Source of the DNA: an uncultured Candidatus Rokubacteria bacterium
Lineage (GTDB): Bacteria; Methylomirabilota; Methylomirabilia; Rokubacteriales; CSP1-6
Direction of reading: 5' to 3'
NCBI GenBank assembly: GCA_963747235.1
Contig: CAVVEU010000008.1
Coordinates: 384,001-448,000, forward strand
DNA length: 64,000 bases
Made by a program: the position numbers and the translations under genes. Below are positions 31,884-43,759 of this stretch, one piece after another. The notes beneath the pieces were generated by a model, which was not told the DNA's origin, did no database searches, and saw nothing but the letters and a program-made list of their open reading frames with translations. How positions within the stretch are numbered: position 1 is the first letter of the stretch; the number at the start of each line of letters is the position of its first letter.

Positions 31884-31984
31884 CGCCGCTCCTTTAGGAG
31901 GTCACGTGAGAGGTCACGATACCCCAGCCGCCAGCGCGCTTCAACCGGGGACCGTGCTATGGTAGCGCCGCGCGGAGGACACCC

Positions 31985-33238
31985 ATGGACGGGACACTCA
32001 TCGTCAACACGACGATTCTCGACGGCAGCGGAGCGGCGCCGTTCCCCGGCGACGTGCGGGTGGAAGGCCAGCGCATCGTCGCGGTGCAGCGGGGCGGGGG
32101 GCTCCCGCGCGGGGAGGCCCGGGTCATCGACGGGGTCGGCGCCACGCTGATGCCGGGGCTCATCGAGCCGCACGGCCACGTGAGCTACCCCGACGCGGCC
32201 CGCAACTCCGACTTCACGCGGCTGCCGCCCGAGGAGCACCTCCTGGCGACGATTCGCAACGCCAAGACCTTGCTCGACTGCGGGTACACCAGCGTGCTCT
32301 CGGCGGCCTCGGCCAAGCCGCGGCTCGACATCGTGGTCCGCAACGAGATCGAGGCCGGGCGCATCCCCGGGCCGCGTTACCTGGCCAATGGCCCGGAGAT
32401 CACCGTCACCGGGGGGCTGGGCGACGAGAACGCGCTGCACCTGCCGCATCTCGAGACGCCGACCTTCGCCTGGCTGGCCGACGGGCCGGACGAGATCCGC
32501 CGGGTCTGCCGGCTGCTCGTGCGCGAGGGCGTCGATCTCCTGAAGCTGAACATCTCGGGCGACACCGGGCCGCGCAACTCGCGCTCCCAGCGCGCGGTGA
32601 TGAGCGACGCCGAGGTGGCCGCGGCCATGGAGGTCGCGCGGGCCGGGGCGGTGCGGGTGTGCGCCCACGCCCGCAGCGCCGAGTCGGTGAAGATGTGCGT
32701 GCGGCACGGGGTGGGCATCATCTACCACGCCAATTTCGCGGACGAGGAGGCCCTCGATCTGCTCGAGGCCAATCGCGACTGGTGCTTCGTCGCCCCCGCG
32801 GTGGGCCTCACCTACCAGGCGTGCTACGCGGCGAGCGAGTGGGGGTTCACGCCCGAGATGGCGCGCGAGCGCGGCCTCCTGGAGGAGCTCGAGGTCTCGG
32901 TGGCCACCATGGGCCAGATGCGGAAACGCGGTATCCGGGTGCTGCCGGGTGGCGACTACGGCTTCGCCTGGAACCCGCACGGAACGTACGCGCGGGACCT
33001 GCTGCTCTTCGTGGACGTGCTCGGCTTCTCGCCGATGGAGACCCTGGTCGCGGCCACCCGGATGGGCGGCGAGATCATGGGGCGGCCCCAGGAGCTGGGG
33101 CAGGTGAAGGCGGGCTACCTCGCGGACCTGCTGCTCGTGGACGGCGACCCGCTGACCGACATCAAGCGGCTCCAGCGGCAGGACGCGCTGCTGATGATCA
33201 TGAAGGACGGCCACCTGCACAAAGGAGGAGCGCGATGA
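31985..33238 (+). CDS. Metal-dependent amidohydrolase
   Basis: MPGLIEPHGH, CAHAR, IYHA, PGGDYGF, GYLADLLLVDGDP. Confidence 0.9.
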   Translation: MDGTLIVNTTILDGSGAAPFPGDVRVEGQRIVAVQRGGGLPRGEARVIDGVGATLMPGLIEPHGHVSYPDAARNSDFTRLPPEEHLLATIRNAKTLLDCGYTSVLSAASAKPRLDIVVRNEIEAGRIPGPRYLANGPEITVTGGLGDENALHLPHLETPTFAWLADGPDEIRRVCRLLVREGVDLLKLNISGDTGPRNSRSQRAVMSDAEVAAAMEVARAGAVRVCAHARSAESVKMCVRHGVGIIYHANFADEEALDLLEANRDWCFVAPAVGLTYQACYAASEWGFTPEMARERGLLEELEVSVATMGQMRKRGIRVLPGGDYGFAWNPHGTYARDLLLFVDVLGFSPMETLVAATRMGGEIMGRPQELGQVKAGYLADLLLVDGDPLTDIKRLQRQDALLMIMKDGHLHKGGAR

Positions 33239-33672
33239 CCGAGCGAGTCGTGCGGCTGTCCACCCTGATCGCGGTGCTGGGACTCATCTGGGCGGGGGCG
33301 GCCTCGGCCTAGGAGTGCAGCGGCACCATCACCGCCGACGAGGCGATGAAGGCCGAGACCGCGCGCTACGCCGCGCAGACGTCGAACGACTTCGCGGCGA
33401 TGGACAAGCTGTTCGGCAACGACCCCACGTACAAGCACTCCTCCGCGGTGAGCGACGACAAGGCGAAGTGCATCGACGCGATGCGCTCCGGCCGCACGAA
33501 GTACCGCAAGATGACCCCGAATGGCGACGCCAAGACGCGCGCGTACGGCTGCATCGCGATCATCACCGGCACCGCGGTGTACGCGGTGCCGGCGGGCGGC
33601 CAGGATCGCACCGTGCCGCTGCGCTTCACCGCGATCTGGGCGAAGCGGCCGTCGGGGCTCGAGTTCGTGTAG
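33235..33672 (+). pseudogene. Secreted NTF2-like/DUF4440 protein with in-frame TAG
   Basis: Signal peptide ...GAASA, TAG at 33310-33312, then ECSGTITADEA...RYAAQ...YKHSS...IWAKR; C-terminus also ends early. Confidence 0.65.
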
Positions 33673-33977
33673 CCCTCCTCGGAGGAGGGGGCACCCGCTC
33701 TAGTGAAGGTGTCCTTACACGGTGACCCCCTCGACGGAGAATCTCGGCCGAATTTAGTTGAAAACCGGCCGGGGACTGGCGCAAGATTTCACTGCGTTTA
33801 TTCCACGTCCTCCTCCCCGGTGGACGGTTGGAGTGGCTGGCGATGATGAGGACTCTGAAGGCCGGCGAGACACCAGAGGGCCCGAGCAGAAGCGCGTCAT
33901 GTCCATGAAGCGTGACTGGTCTGCGATGCGACGGGAGGCAAGGCGGTAGTTCATTCGGAATCGACGGAGAGGCTGCG

Positions 33978-34631
33978 ATGGGACGCAAGAAGCCGGCGAG
34001 AATCGACGCGAAGACCTTCCTGACGAAGGCGGGCACGGGCCGGTCGGTCTCCGGGTACCGGAAGAATCAGGTGATCTTCGCCCAGGGCGATCCGGCGGAC
34101 GCGGTGTTCTACCTCGAGCGAGGGCAGGTCAAGCTGGCGGTGCTCTCGAAAGGGGGGAAATCCGCGATCGTGGCCCTGCTCGGTCCCGGAGACTTCTTCG
34201 GCGAAGGGTGTCTCGCGGGCCAGCCCCTTCGCATGGCCAGCGCGTCGGCGATGACCGACGTGTCGCTGGTGCGGATCGCGCGGCAGGCCATGATCCGTCT
34301 GCTCCACGAGCGGTCACCGTTCGCCGAGCGCTTCATGGCCCACCTGCTGGCCCGCAACGTGCGCTTCGAGGAAGACCTGGTGGATCAGCTCTTCAACTCG
34401 AGCGAGAAGCGCCTGGCTCGGGTGCTCCTGCTCCTGGCCCGCTTTGGCAAGGAAGGGACAACCGAGCCGGTGATCCCGAAGATCAGCCAGGAGGTCCTGG
34501 CTGAAATGGTCGGGACCACCCGGCCGCGGATCAGCGGGTTCATGAACAAGTTCCGGAAGCTCGGCTTCATCGACTACAACGGCGGCCTGCACATCCACAG
34601 CTCGCTACTCAACGTCCTCCTGCACGCGTGA
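33978..34631 (+). CDS. Crp/Fnr family transcriptional regulator
   Basis: IFAQGDPAD, GDFFGEGCL, SEKRLAR, HTH SQEVLAEMVGTTRPRIS. Confidence 0.95.
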   Translation: MGRKKPARIDAKTFLTKAGTGRSVSGYRKNQVIFAQGDPADAVFYLERGQVKLAVLSKGGKSAIVALLGPGDFFGEGCLAGQPLRMASASAMTDVSLVRIARQAMIRLLHERSPFAERFMAHLLARNVRFEEDLVDQLFNSSEKRLARVLLLLARFGKEGTTEPVIPKISQEVLAEMVGTTRPRISGFMNKFRKLGFIDYNGGLHIHSSLLNVLLHA

Positions 34632-34641
34632 GGCGGGGGAC

Positions 34642-36276
<1,635 letters not shown>

Positions 36277-36312
36277 TCATGGGTGCGAACGGTAGGACTG
36301 CGGCGGAGCCGG

Positions 36313-36621
36313 TTAGGAGTTGAGGATGCCGAGAACGTCCTCCTCCTTCATGATGAGGTACTCCTCGCCGTTCACCGTGACCTCGCTCCCGGAGTACTTG
36401 CCGAAGAGGACGCGATCGCCCGCCTTGACGTCGAGCGGGGTCTTCTTGCCGTCCTCGGAGACCTTGCCCTTGCCCACCGCGATGACCTTGCCCTCCTGCG
36501 GCTTTTCCTTCGCGCTGTCGGGGATGATGATGCCGCTCTTCCGCGCGGGCTCCTCGTCGATCCGCTTGAGCAGGACACGGTCGTGGAGCGGGTGCAGAGT
36601 CATCTTCTTGTCTTGAGCCAT
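36313..36621 (-). CDS. groS: Co-chaperonin GroES
   Basis: [31 protein letters not shown]. Confidence 0.97.
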   Translation of the reverse strand: MAQDKKMTLHPLHDRVLLKRIDEEPARKSGIIIPDSAKEKPQEGKVIAVGKGKVSEDGKKTPLDVKAGDRVLFGKYSGSEVTVNGEEYLIMKEEDVLGILNS

Positions 36622-36687
36622 GGTGCCTCTCCTTGGTGGGGGGAGAACTGGTTGGCCCCGAGGGTAGCAGCCCCGCCGGACGCCCGC

Positions 36688-36709
36688 CCATTGGACTTTG
36701 GTCCAATGG
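36688..36709. promoter_or_regulatory. Perfect 9-4-9 inverted repeat between groES and the kinase gene
   Basis: CCATTGGAC-TTTG-GTCCAATGG. Confidence 0.65.
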
Positions 36710-36843
36710 CGCATGTTCCGTTCGACACACATCGGGTTGTTCAGTTCGGCACAGACCTTAAATGGGGGCTCGTAGTGTACTGGCTTTCTTAGTCTTGGTG
36801 GACGTACCGCACCCGGGGGACACCTGGCGAATGGGAGGCCCTT

Positions 36844-39359
36844 ATGAGTGTGATGACACAGCGTGCGGACATTCTGATCGTGGACGATGACCCCGGCATG
36901 CTCGAGACGCTCGGGGATGTGCTCTCGCGGGAGGGCCATCGGGTCCACTCCGCGAACCGCGGCAGCGCCGCGCTCAGCCGGCTGATCCAGTCGCCCCCGG
37001 TGGACGTGGCCATCGTCGACTTCAAGCTGCCGGACATCTCGGGCATCGAGCTGCTGGGCAGCTTCAAGGCCAGCTCGCCCGACACCGAGGTGATCCTCAT
37101 CACCGGGTACGGCTCGCTCGCGACCGCGCTGGAGGCCATCGAGGGGCAGGTCGCGTCGTATCTCGTCAAGCCGCTCGACGTCGACCATCTCCTCAAGACG
37201 GTCGAGCAGGCCCTGGCCCGGCAGCGGCTCGTTCGGGCCCTGCGCGAGTCGGAGGAGCGGTACCGGCTCGTCACCGACGCCCTGACCGAGGCGGTCCTGC
37301 TCCTGAACCCCAGCGGCCACGTGGTGCTGGCCAACCGGTATGCCGAGACCCTCACCGCGTACGGCGAGGCCGAGCTCCGGGACCAGCCGATCGTCCAGCT
37401 CTTGACCCCGGACGGCGGGGAGCGCGTGACGGCCCGGCTCGAGGCCGCGCGGCGCGGCGAGGAAGCGCCGCCCTTCGAGTGCGAGCTCCTCCGGCAGGAC
37501 GGCACCCGGGTGTGGATCGAGGCCACCGTGAGCCGGGTCACGAAGTCGGAGCGGATCGTGGGCTATCTCACGGTGGCGCGTGACATCAGCGACCGCCGGC
37601 GGGGCACGCGGGCCACCCGGGCCATGGCCCAGGTCGGACGGGACCTCTGGCCCCCCTGGACGTTGGGTCGGCCGCGGACCGCATCGTCACGGCCGTGGTC
37701 GAGGTCTTCCAGGGCCGGCGGGCCGTGCTGTACGAGATCGACGCCGCGTCCCTGGTCTGCGTGGCGGCCGCCGGCTCGGGAGATGCCAGGAGCTGGGTAG
37801 GTTGGCGCCTGCCGTCCGGCGTCGGGATCGCGTGGCGGGCGCTGGCGGAAGACCGGACCGTGACCTCGGCGGAGACGCCCGAGTCGGCCCTCCCCGTCGG
37901 CGCCGACCCGCGGCTCGTCGAGGAGGAGACCGAGTCCACCGTGGCGCTGCCGCTGCGGGCCAGGGGGCAGCTCCTCGGCGTCCTCGTGCTGGGCGGCGGC
38001 GCGCATCGGGTGTTCGGCGAGGCCGAGATCGAGCTCCTGAGCGTGTTCGGCGCCCAGGCGGCGCTGATTCTCCAGAACGCGCACCTCTTCGCCAAGAGCG
38101 AGCGGCGCCGGCGGGTGGCCGAGCGCCTGGCCGAGATCGCGAACCTCCTGCCGCAGTCGCTGGCCGTCGAGGAGGTCGGGCAGCGCATCGCGGACGGTGT
38201 CTTCGCGGTGCTGGACGTCCGGGTCGCCGCCGTGTTCGGGCTCGACCGGGCCACCGCCGATCCCGTCGTCGTCGCGGTCTCGGGCGACACGGAGCTGGGT
38301 AACCGGCCCGAGATCGTGTTCCCCGAGGCCGCCGGGATGATCGATCTTGCGGTCCGGGACCGCCAGCCCGTGCTGACGCCGGACATCCTGATGGAGCCGA
38401 GGGTCTCGCTCACCCCGGAGCTGCGGGCGGCGATCGAGGCGGCCCAGTATCACGCCGTGCTCGCGGTTCCGCTCATCGTGCAGGATCGGGTGATCGGGGC
38501 CCTCGGCGTGGGCGACCTCGCGGGACGGTCCTTCGGCGCGGAGGAGATCGAGATCGTTCGCGCCTTCGCCGATCAGGCCGCCATCGTGCTGGAGAACCAT
38601 CAGCTCTACGGAGAGCTGCGCGAAGCGCTGACCGCGGTCCGCTCGTCGCAGGAGCAGCTCGTCGTGACCGAGCGCCTGCAGGCGGTGGGCACGCTGGCCG
38701 CCGGGGTCACCCACTACGTGAACAACGTGCTGCAGGCGGTCCTGGGCAGCGCCCAGCTTCTCCTCCGCGAATCCACGGAGCCCGGAGTCCGGAAGCGACT
38801 CGAAACGCTCGAGAGGACCACGATGGATGCCGCGGACATCATGCGACGGGTGAAGTCCTTCACCGAGGCCACGACGCTCTCGGACGCCATGCCGCTCGAC
38901 CTGAACCGGCTCGTGCGGGACCTGCTCAATGCCCGGGCAACCCCGTGGGCGCCCCTGGTGTCCGCCGGAACGATCGAGGTGGCCTTCGAGCCCGGCGAGA
39001 TCTCGGAGGTGCTGGCCCTGCCCGCGCCGCTCCGCGAGGTGCTCGTGGCCTTGATCCTCAACGCGGTCGAGGCGCTGCCGGCCGGTGGCCGGATCGCGCT
39101 CCGGACGTGGGCCACACCCGAGGCCGTCTACTGCGCGGTCGCCGATTCCGGCAAGGGCCTGTCCGACGAGGTGCGGCACCGCGCGCTGGAGCCCTTCTTC
39201 ACCACGAAGGGCCCTCGACACCAGGGGCTCGGGCTGAGCCTGGCGTACGGGATCATCCGGCGGCACCGCGGCGAGCTCGAGATCCCGCGGGACGAAGGGC
39301 AGGGCGGCATCGTGACCTTCCATCTGCCGCCTCACCGTCATAACGGCGGGAGGCCGTAG
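36844..39359 (+). CDS. Hybrid sensor kinase REC-PAS-GAF-GAF-HisKA-HATPase
   Basis: ILIVDDD...DFKLP...LVKP, SEERYR, RDISDR, H-box [27 protein letters not shown]; frameshift near 37650. Confidence 0.92.
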
Positions 39360-39375
39360 TCTTCCTCTCGCCCGG

Positions 39376-39510
39376 ATGACTCCCCGGGCAGGATCCTCGT
39401 CCTCGACGACGATCGCCACGCTGGCGCGGGTCGGGCTCGACCTCCTGACGACCAGCCCGGCGGACGTCGCGATCGGCGCGCTCGATCAGGGCGCCACCTT
39501 GAGGCTCACG
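39376..39510 (+). pseudogene. Possible receiver-domain remnant
   Basis: Across a frameshift reads GRILVLDDDRH...GLDLLTTSPADVAI. Confidence 0.35.
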
Positions 39511-39543
39511 ACCGACTGCCTGGTCGAGCTGGACGGCTTGCGT

Positions 39544-39906
39544 CTACTTCACGCGCTCCAGCTTGGCCGACCCGCGTCCGTCCGCTCGCACGAAGAAGAG
39601 CACGTCCTTGCCGCCCTCCTGGGACAGGGTGACGGTTCCCGCCGAGTTGGCTGACTGAAACGACGTCTTGCCGCCGGCGGTGGTGATCTTCCCGGCCGTC
39701 TTGGTCCCGTTCGCCGAGATGCCCTCGTAGGAGCCGTCCGGCTTGATCCGGATGGCCGCCGCCGAGGTCCCGCCGATCGAGCGCCAGTCGCCGGTCAGGC
39801 TCTTCACGTTGGCGATCGGCTTGTCCGGTGCCGCGAAGGCAACGGTGGCCAGGCTCAGGACGAGCAGGCCCACCACGAGTGGAAACCGCATCATTTCTGT
39901 CGCCAT
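39544..39906 (-). CDS. Hypothetical secreted beta-rich protein
   Basis: Signal peptide ending AFA; intact 120-aa frame. Confidence 0.75.
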   Translation of the reverse strand: MATEMMRFPLVVGLLVLSLATVAFAAPDKPIANVKSLTGDWRSIGGTSAAAIRIKPDGSYEGISANGTKTAGKITTAGGKTSFQSANSAGTVTLSQEGGKDVLFFVRADGRGSAKLERVK

Positions 39907-40217
39907 AGTCTCTGTCGCTCCAGTTCGGCGGCTTTCTGAGCCTTGTAGGACTCCTGCTGGGCCGCGGTGCCGCGGTACAGGTCGTCACGCCGCTTCGTCT
40001 CCCGCGCGCCGTCACTGAGGGCCGGCTGGCCGACTCCGGTCGGCCCGATCCAGACCGCGGCATCGCGGTAGTCCGCGGGGACGTCGAGCTTGTACTGCAC
40101 GACCTTGCTGACGCCGTCGGCGTCCGCGTACCGGTACTGGGCGCCCGCCTCCCCGGCGACGAGCAGGATGCCCACACCGAGTCCCGTGGCCGCTGCGAAT
40201 CGTACGGATCGTCTCAT
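39891..40217 (-). CDS. Hypothetical secreted protein (DUF4124-like N-terminus)
   Basis: Signal peptide AGA, YRYADADGV...DVPADYR. Confidence 0.65.
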   Translation of the reverse strand: MRRSVRFAAATGLGVGILLVAGEAGAQYRYADADGVSKVVQYKLDVPADYRDAAVWIGPTGVGQPALSDGARETKRRDDLYRGTAAQQESYKAQKAAELERQRLWRQK

Positions 40218-40369
40218 GATGGTGTACTCCCCTCGGTGAAATATGTGCAGGTTCGGGGCCAGAACCGCCGCGTGACATTTGGCCTACTTGGGGCCACGAG
40301 AGCCGGCCGGCGTGACGGCGAGTGTCGCTCGGCTTGACGAAGCGCCGGTTTGGGCTGATCCTCGGGCGC

Positions 40370-41192
40370 ATGAGCACGATCACCACGAAGGACGGCACCC
40401 AGATCTACTACAAGGACTGGGGCAGCGGGCAGCCCGTCGTCTTCAGCCACGGCTGGCCGCTGAGCGCGGACGCGTGGGAAGACCAGATGCTCTTTCTCGG
40501 CGCCCGCGGCTACCGCTGCATCGCCCACGACCGCCGGGGCCACGGCCGGTCGAGCCAGCCCTGGAACGGCAACGAGATGGACACCTACGCCGACGATCTC
40601 GCGGCGCTGGTCGACGCGCTCGATCTCGAAGAGCGCGATCCACGTCGGCCACTCCACCGGCGGCGGCGAGGTCGCCCGCTACCTCGGCCGCCACGGCACG
40701 AAGCGGGTGGCCAAGGCGGTGCTGATCGGCGCGGTGCCGCCGATCATGCTCAAGACGGCCGCCAACCCGGGCGGCCTGCCGATGGACGCCTTCGACCAGA
40801 TCCGCACCGGCGTCCTCGCCGACCGCGCGCAGTTCTTCAAGGATCTCTCCACGCCGTTCTACGGCGCCAACCGGCCGGGCGCCAAGGTCTCGCAGGGCCT
40901 GCGCGACTCGTTCTGGCTCCAGGGGATGCTGGCCGGCTTCAAGGGCGTCTTCGACTGCATCAAGGCCTTCTCGGAGACGGACTTCACCGAGGACCTCAAG
41001 AAGATCGACGTGCCGACGCTGATCCTGCACGGCGACGACGACCAGATCGTGCCGATCGGCGCCTCGGCGATGCTGTCGTCGAAGCTCGTGAAGGGCGCCA
41101 CGCTGAAGGTCTACCCGGGCCTGCCGCACGGGATGTGCTCGACGCACAAGGTTCAGATCAACGCGGACCTGCTCGCGTTCCTCCAGGCATGA
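40370..41192 (+). CDS. Non-heme chloroperoxidase/arylesterase (alpha/beta hydrolase)
   Basis: [40 protein letters not shown]; frameshift near 40630. Confidence 0.93.
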
Positions 41193-41656
41193 GCGAGCCC
41201 CTCGCGCGGCGCGGGCTGCTGATCGGCGCCGTGACCGTCGCGCTCGCCGCGGCGGGCGCGCGTCTGGCCGGCGCGGCGGCGAAGCCCACGATCACGGTCC
41301 ACAAGTCCCCGACCTGAGGCTGCTGCGCGGCGTGGGTCGGGCACCTGCGCGCAAGTGGTTACGCGGTGAAGACGGAGGACAACGAGGATCTCGCGCCCAT
41401 CAAGCGGAAGCTCGGCGTGCCGCGGGCGCTGCAGAGCTGCCACACCGCGGTGGTCGAGGGGTACGTCGTCGAGGGGCACGTCCCCGCCGATCTGATCGAC
41501 CGCCTGCTGCGCGAGCGGCCCTCCGTGGTCGGCCTCGCGGTGCCGGGCATGCCCATCGGCTCCCCGGGCATGGAGGCGCCCGGGCAGGCCGCCGAGCGCT
41601 ACCAGGTGCTCGCGTTCGATCAGAAGGGCCGCACCACCATCTTCGCCAGCCGCTGA
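41189..41656 (+). CDS. DUF411/CopG-family periplasmic metal-binding protein, probable selenoprotein (Sec at codon 43)
   Basis: Tat-like RRGLL signal; KSPT-TGA-GCC...W; [25 protein letters not shown]. The frame is continuous through TGA 41315-41317. Confidence 0.85.
41318..41353 (+). other. Bacterial SECIS-like hairpin
   Basis: GCGCGG-C-GUG [GGUCGGG] CAC-CUGCGC; loop starts with G after a 17-nt spacing from the UGA and contains GGUC. Confidence 0.65.
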
Positions 41657-41661
41657 CGCCC

Positions 41662-42855
41662 GTGCCTGCGTTCGGCGCGCGCGAGGGTCACGGGCCCCTG
41701 AGTGGCGTCACGGTGCTCGATCTGAGCGGCTACGTGGCCGGTCCCTATGGCTGCACCCTGCTCGGCGATCAGGGCGCCCTCGTCATCAAGGTCGAGCCGC
41801 CCGAGGGCGACAACCTCCGCAACTACCCGTCCACGCTCCCCGGCGAGAGCCGGGCGTTCCTCGGAGTCAATCGCAACAAGCACGGCATCGGCCTCGACCT
41901 CAAGCATCCCGACGGCCTGGGCGTGCTGCGCCGATTGGTCTCCCGCGCCGACGTGCTGGTCCACAACTTCCGGCCGTCGGTGCCCGCGCGGCTCGGCATC
42001 GACTACGACCGGATGCGGGCGGTGAACGAGCGCCTGATCTACTGCGCGCTGACCGGCTACGGCGACCGGGGCCCGCTCAAGGATCGCGCCGGGTACGACC
42101 AGGTGCTCCAGACCATGACCGGCATCGCGGTCGAGCAGGGCAAGCCGGGCGATCCCGCGATCGTGTACGGCTCCGCGGTGGACTTCTACTCGGCCTCGAT
42201 GCTGGCCTTCGCGGTGTCCTCCGCGCTCTTCGAGCGCTCGCGCACCGGGCGCGGCCAGTACGTGAGCGTGTCGCTCCTGCGCAGCGCGCTCACGATGCAG
42301 GCCACCCGGCTGGTGTGGGTGGACGGAGAGCCGCGCGACGTCTGGCGCGACATGCGCTCGGGAGGCATCACCGGGATCCACCCGACGAAGCACGGCAGCC
42401 TCTACATCTCGGCCAACACGCCGCACTTCTGGCAGGCCCTGTGCGAGCTGACCGGGCTGGCCGACCTCGCGAGCGATCCGCGGTTCGACACGGTGCGGAA
42501 GCGGGCGGAGCACGAGGCGGTGCTCGTCCCGCGGCTGCGCGCGGCGCTGCAGGCGCGCACCGCGGTCGAGTGGGAGGCGCACTTCGGCGAGCGCGTGCCC
42601 TGCGCGGCGGCGCGTCCGGTGGAGGACATGTTCGACCATCCGCAGGTGGCCGCGGAGGGCATCCTGGCCAGCTTCGAGCACCCGGGGGTGGGGCACTACC
42701 GCGGCATGGCGCATCCGGTGCGCTTCGGCGATGGCCCACCGCCCGCGCCCTTCGCGGCGCCGCAGCTCGGGCAGCACTCGCGGGAGATCCTGGCGAGCCT
42801 CGGCTACGCCGACGCGGAGATCGAGCGGCTGCGTGGCGCGGGCGCGGTGGTCTGA
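41662..42855 (+). CDS. CaiB/BaiF class III CoA-transferase
   Basis: GPLSGVTVLDLS, VIKVEPPEGD, NRNK, HNFRP, AGYDQVLQ, APQLGQHS. Confidence 0.93.
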   Translation: MPAFGAREGHGPLSGVTVLDLSGYVAGPYGCTLLGDQGALVIKVEPPEGDNLRNYPSTLPGESRAFLGVNRNKHGIGLDLKHPDGLGVLRRLVSRADVLVHNFRPSVPARLGIDYDRMRAVNERLIYCALTGYGDRGPLKDRAGYDQVLQTMTGIAVEQGKPGDPAIVYGSAVDFYSASMLAFAVSSALFERSRTGRGQYVSVSLLRSALTMQATRLVWVDGEPRDVWRDMRSGGITGIHPTKHGSLYISANTPHFWQALCELTGLADLASDPRFDTVRKRAEHEAVLVPRLRAALQARTAVEWEAHFGERVPCAAARPVEDMFDHPQVAAEGILASFEHPGVGHYRGMAHPVRFGDGPPPAPFAAPQLGQHSREILASLGYADAEIERLRGAGAVV

Positions 42856-42857
42856 TC

Positions 42858-43756
42858 GTGGCGGACCTCCTCATGCGCAGCAAGCTCTTCGTGCCCGCCT
42901 CGCGGCCCGAGCTCTTCGCGAAGGCCCTGGCCGGCGCCGCCGACGCGCTCTCGTTCGACCTGGAGGACGCGGTCCAGGAGAGCCGGAAGGCCGACGCGCG
43001 CGGGACGCTGGAAGCCTTCCTGCGCCAGGCCTCCGAGCGCCCGCCGGGCAAGATTCTCATCGTGCGGGTGAACGGGCTGACGACGCCGCACTTCGAGGCC
43101 GACCTGCGGGCGGTGGCGTGGCCGGCGGTGGACATGATCAACCTGCCCGAAGCCCGAGTCCGCGGAGGACGTGCGGGCCGCGGCGGCCGCGCTCGCCCGG
43201 GTGGAGGCGGAGCGGCGGATCGGGCGCCCCATCGGCATTCTCGCGAACATCGAATCGCCGCGGGGGCTGCGGCTGGCCCTCGAGATCGCGACGGCGCACC
43301 CGCGGGTCGTCGGGCTCCAGCTCGGCCTGGGCGATCTCTTCGAGCCCTACGGCATCGACCGGGCCGACGCCCGCGCGGTCCACGCCACGCAGCTCACCGT
43401 GCGCCTCGCCGCGGCCGAGGCGGGCATCTGGGCGTGCGACACGGTCTACGGGACGGTGGCGGATCCCGAGGGCTTCACGCGCGAGGCGGAAGCGCGCGCG
43501 GCGGCTCGGCTTCATCGGCAAGTCCTGCATCCATCCCACCCAGGTCCCGCTCGCCAATGCGGTGTTCCGCCCGAGCGACGCCGAGATCGCCGCGGCCCTC
43601 AGGGTGGTCGAGGCCGCGCGCGGCGCCGAGCGCAACGGGGTCGGGGCCTTCCTGGTGGACGGCCGCATGATCGACATCCCCTTCGTCAAGCGCGCCGAGT
43701 CGATTCTGGGCGCGGCCCGCCGGCTCGGCCTGGTCCCCGCCGACCGCGGGGCCTGA
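42858..43756 (+). CDS. CitE-like CoA-ester lyase (HpcH/HpaI family)
   Basis: RSKLFVPA, FDLEDAV, VRVN, IESPRG, GKSCIHP, GRMID; two indels. Confidence 0.92.
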
Positions 43757-43759
43757 GCC

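Noticed and set aside
33672-33977. Possible sRNA, small ORF or sigma54 site (CTGGCGCAAGATTTCA) upstream of crp
   Set aside because: The -12 GC is missing and no recognisable RNA family or convincing ORF was found.
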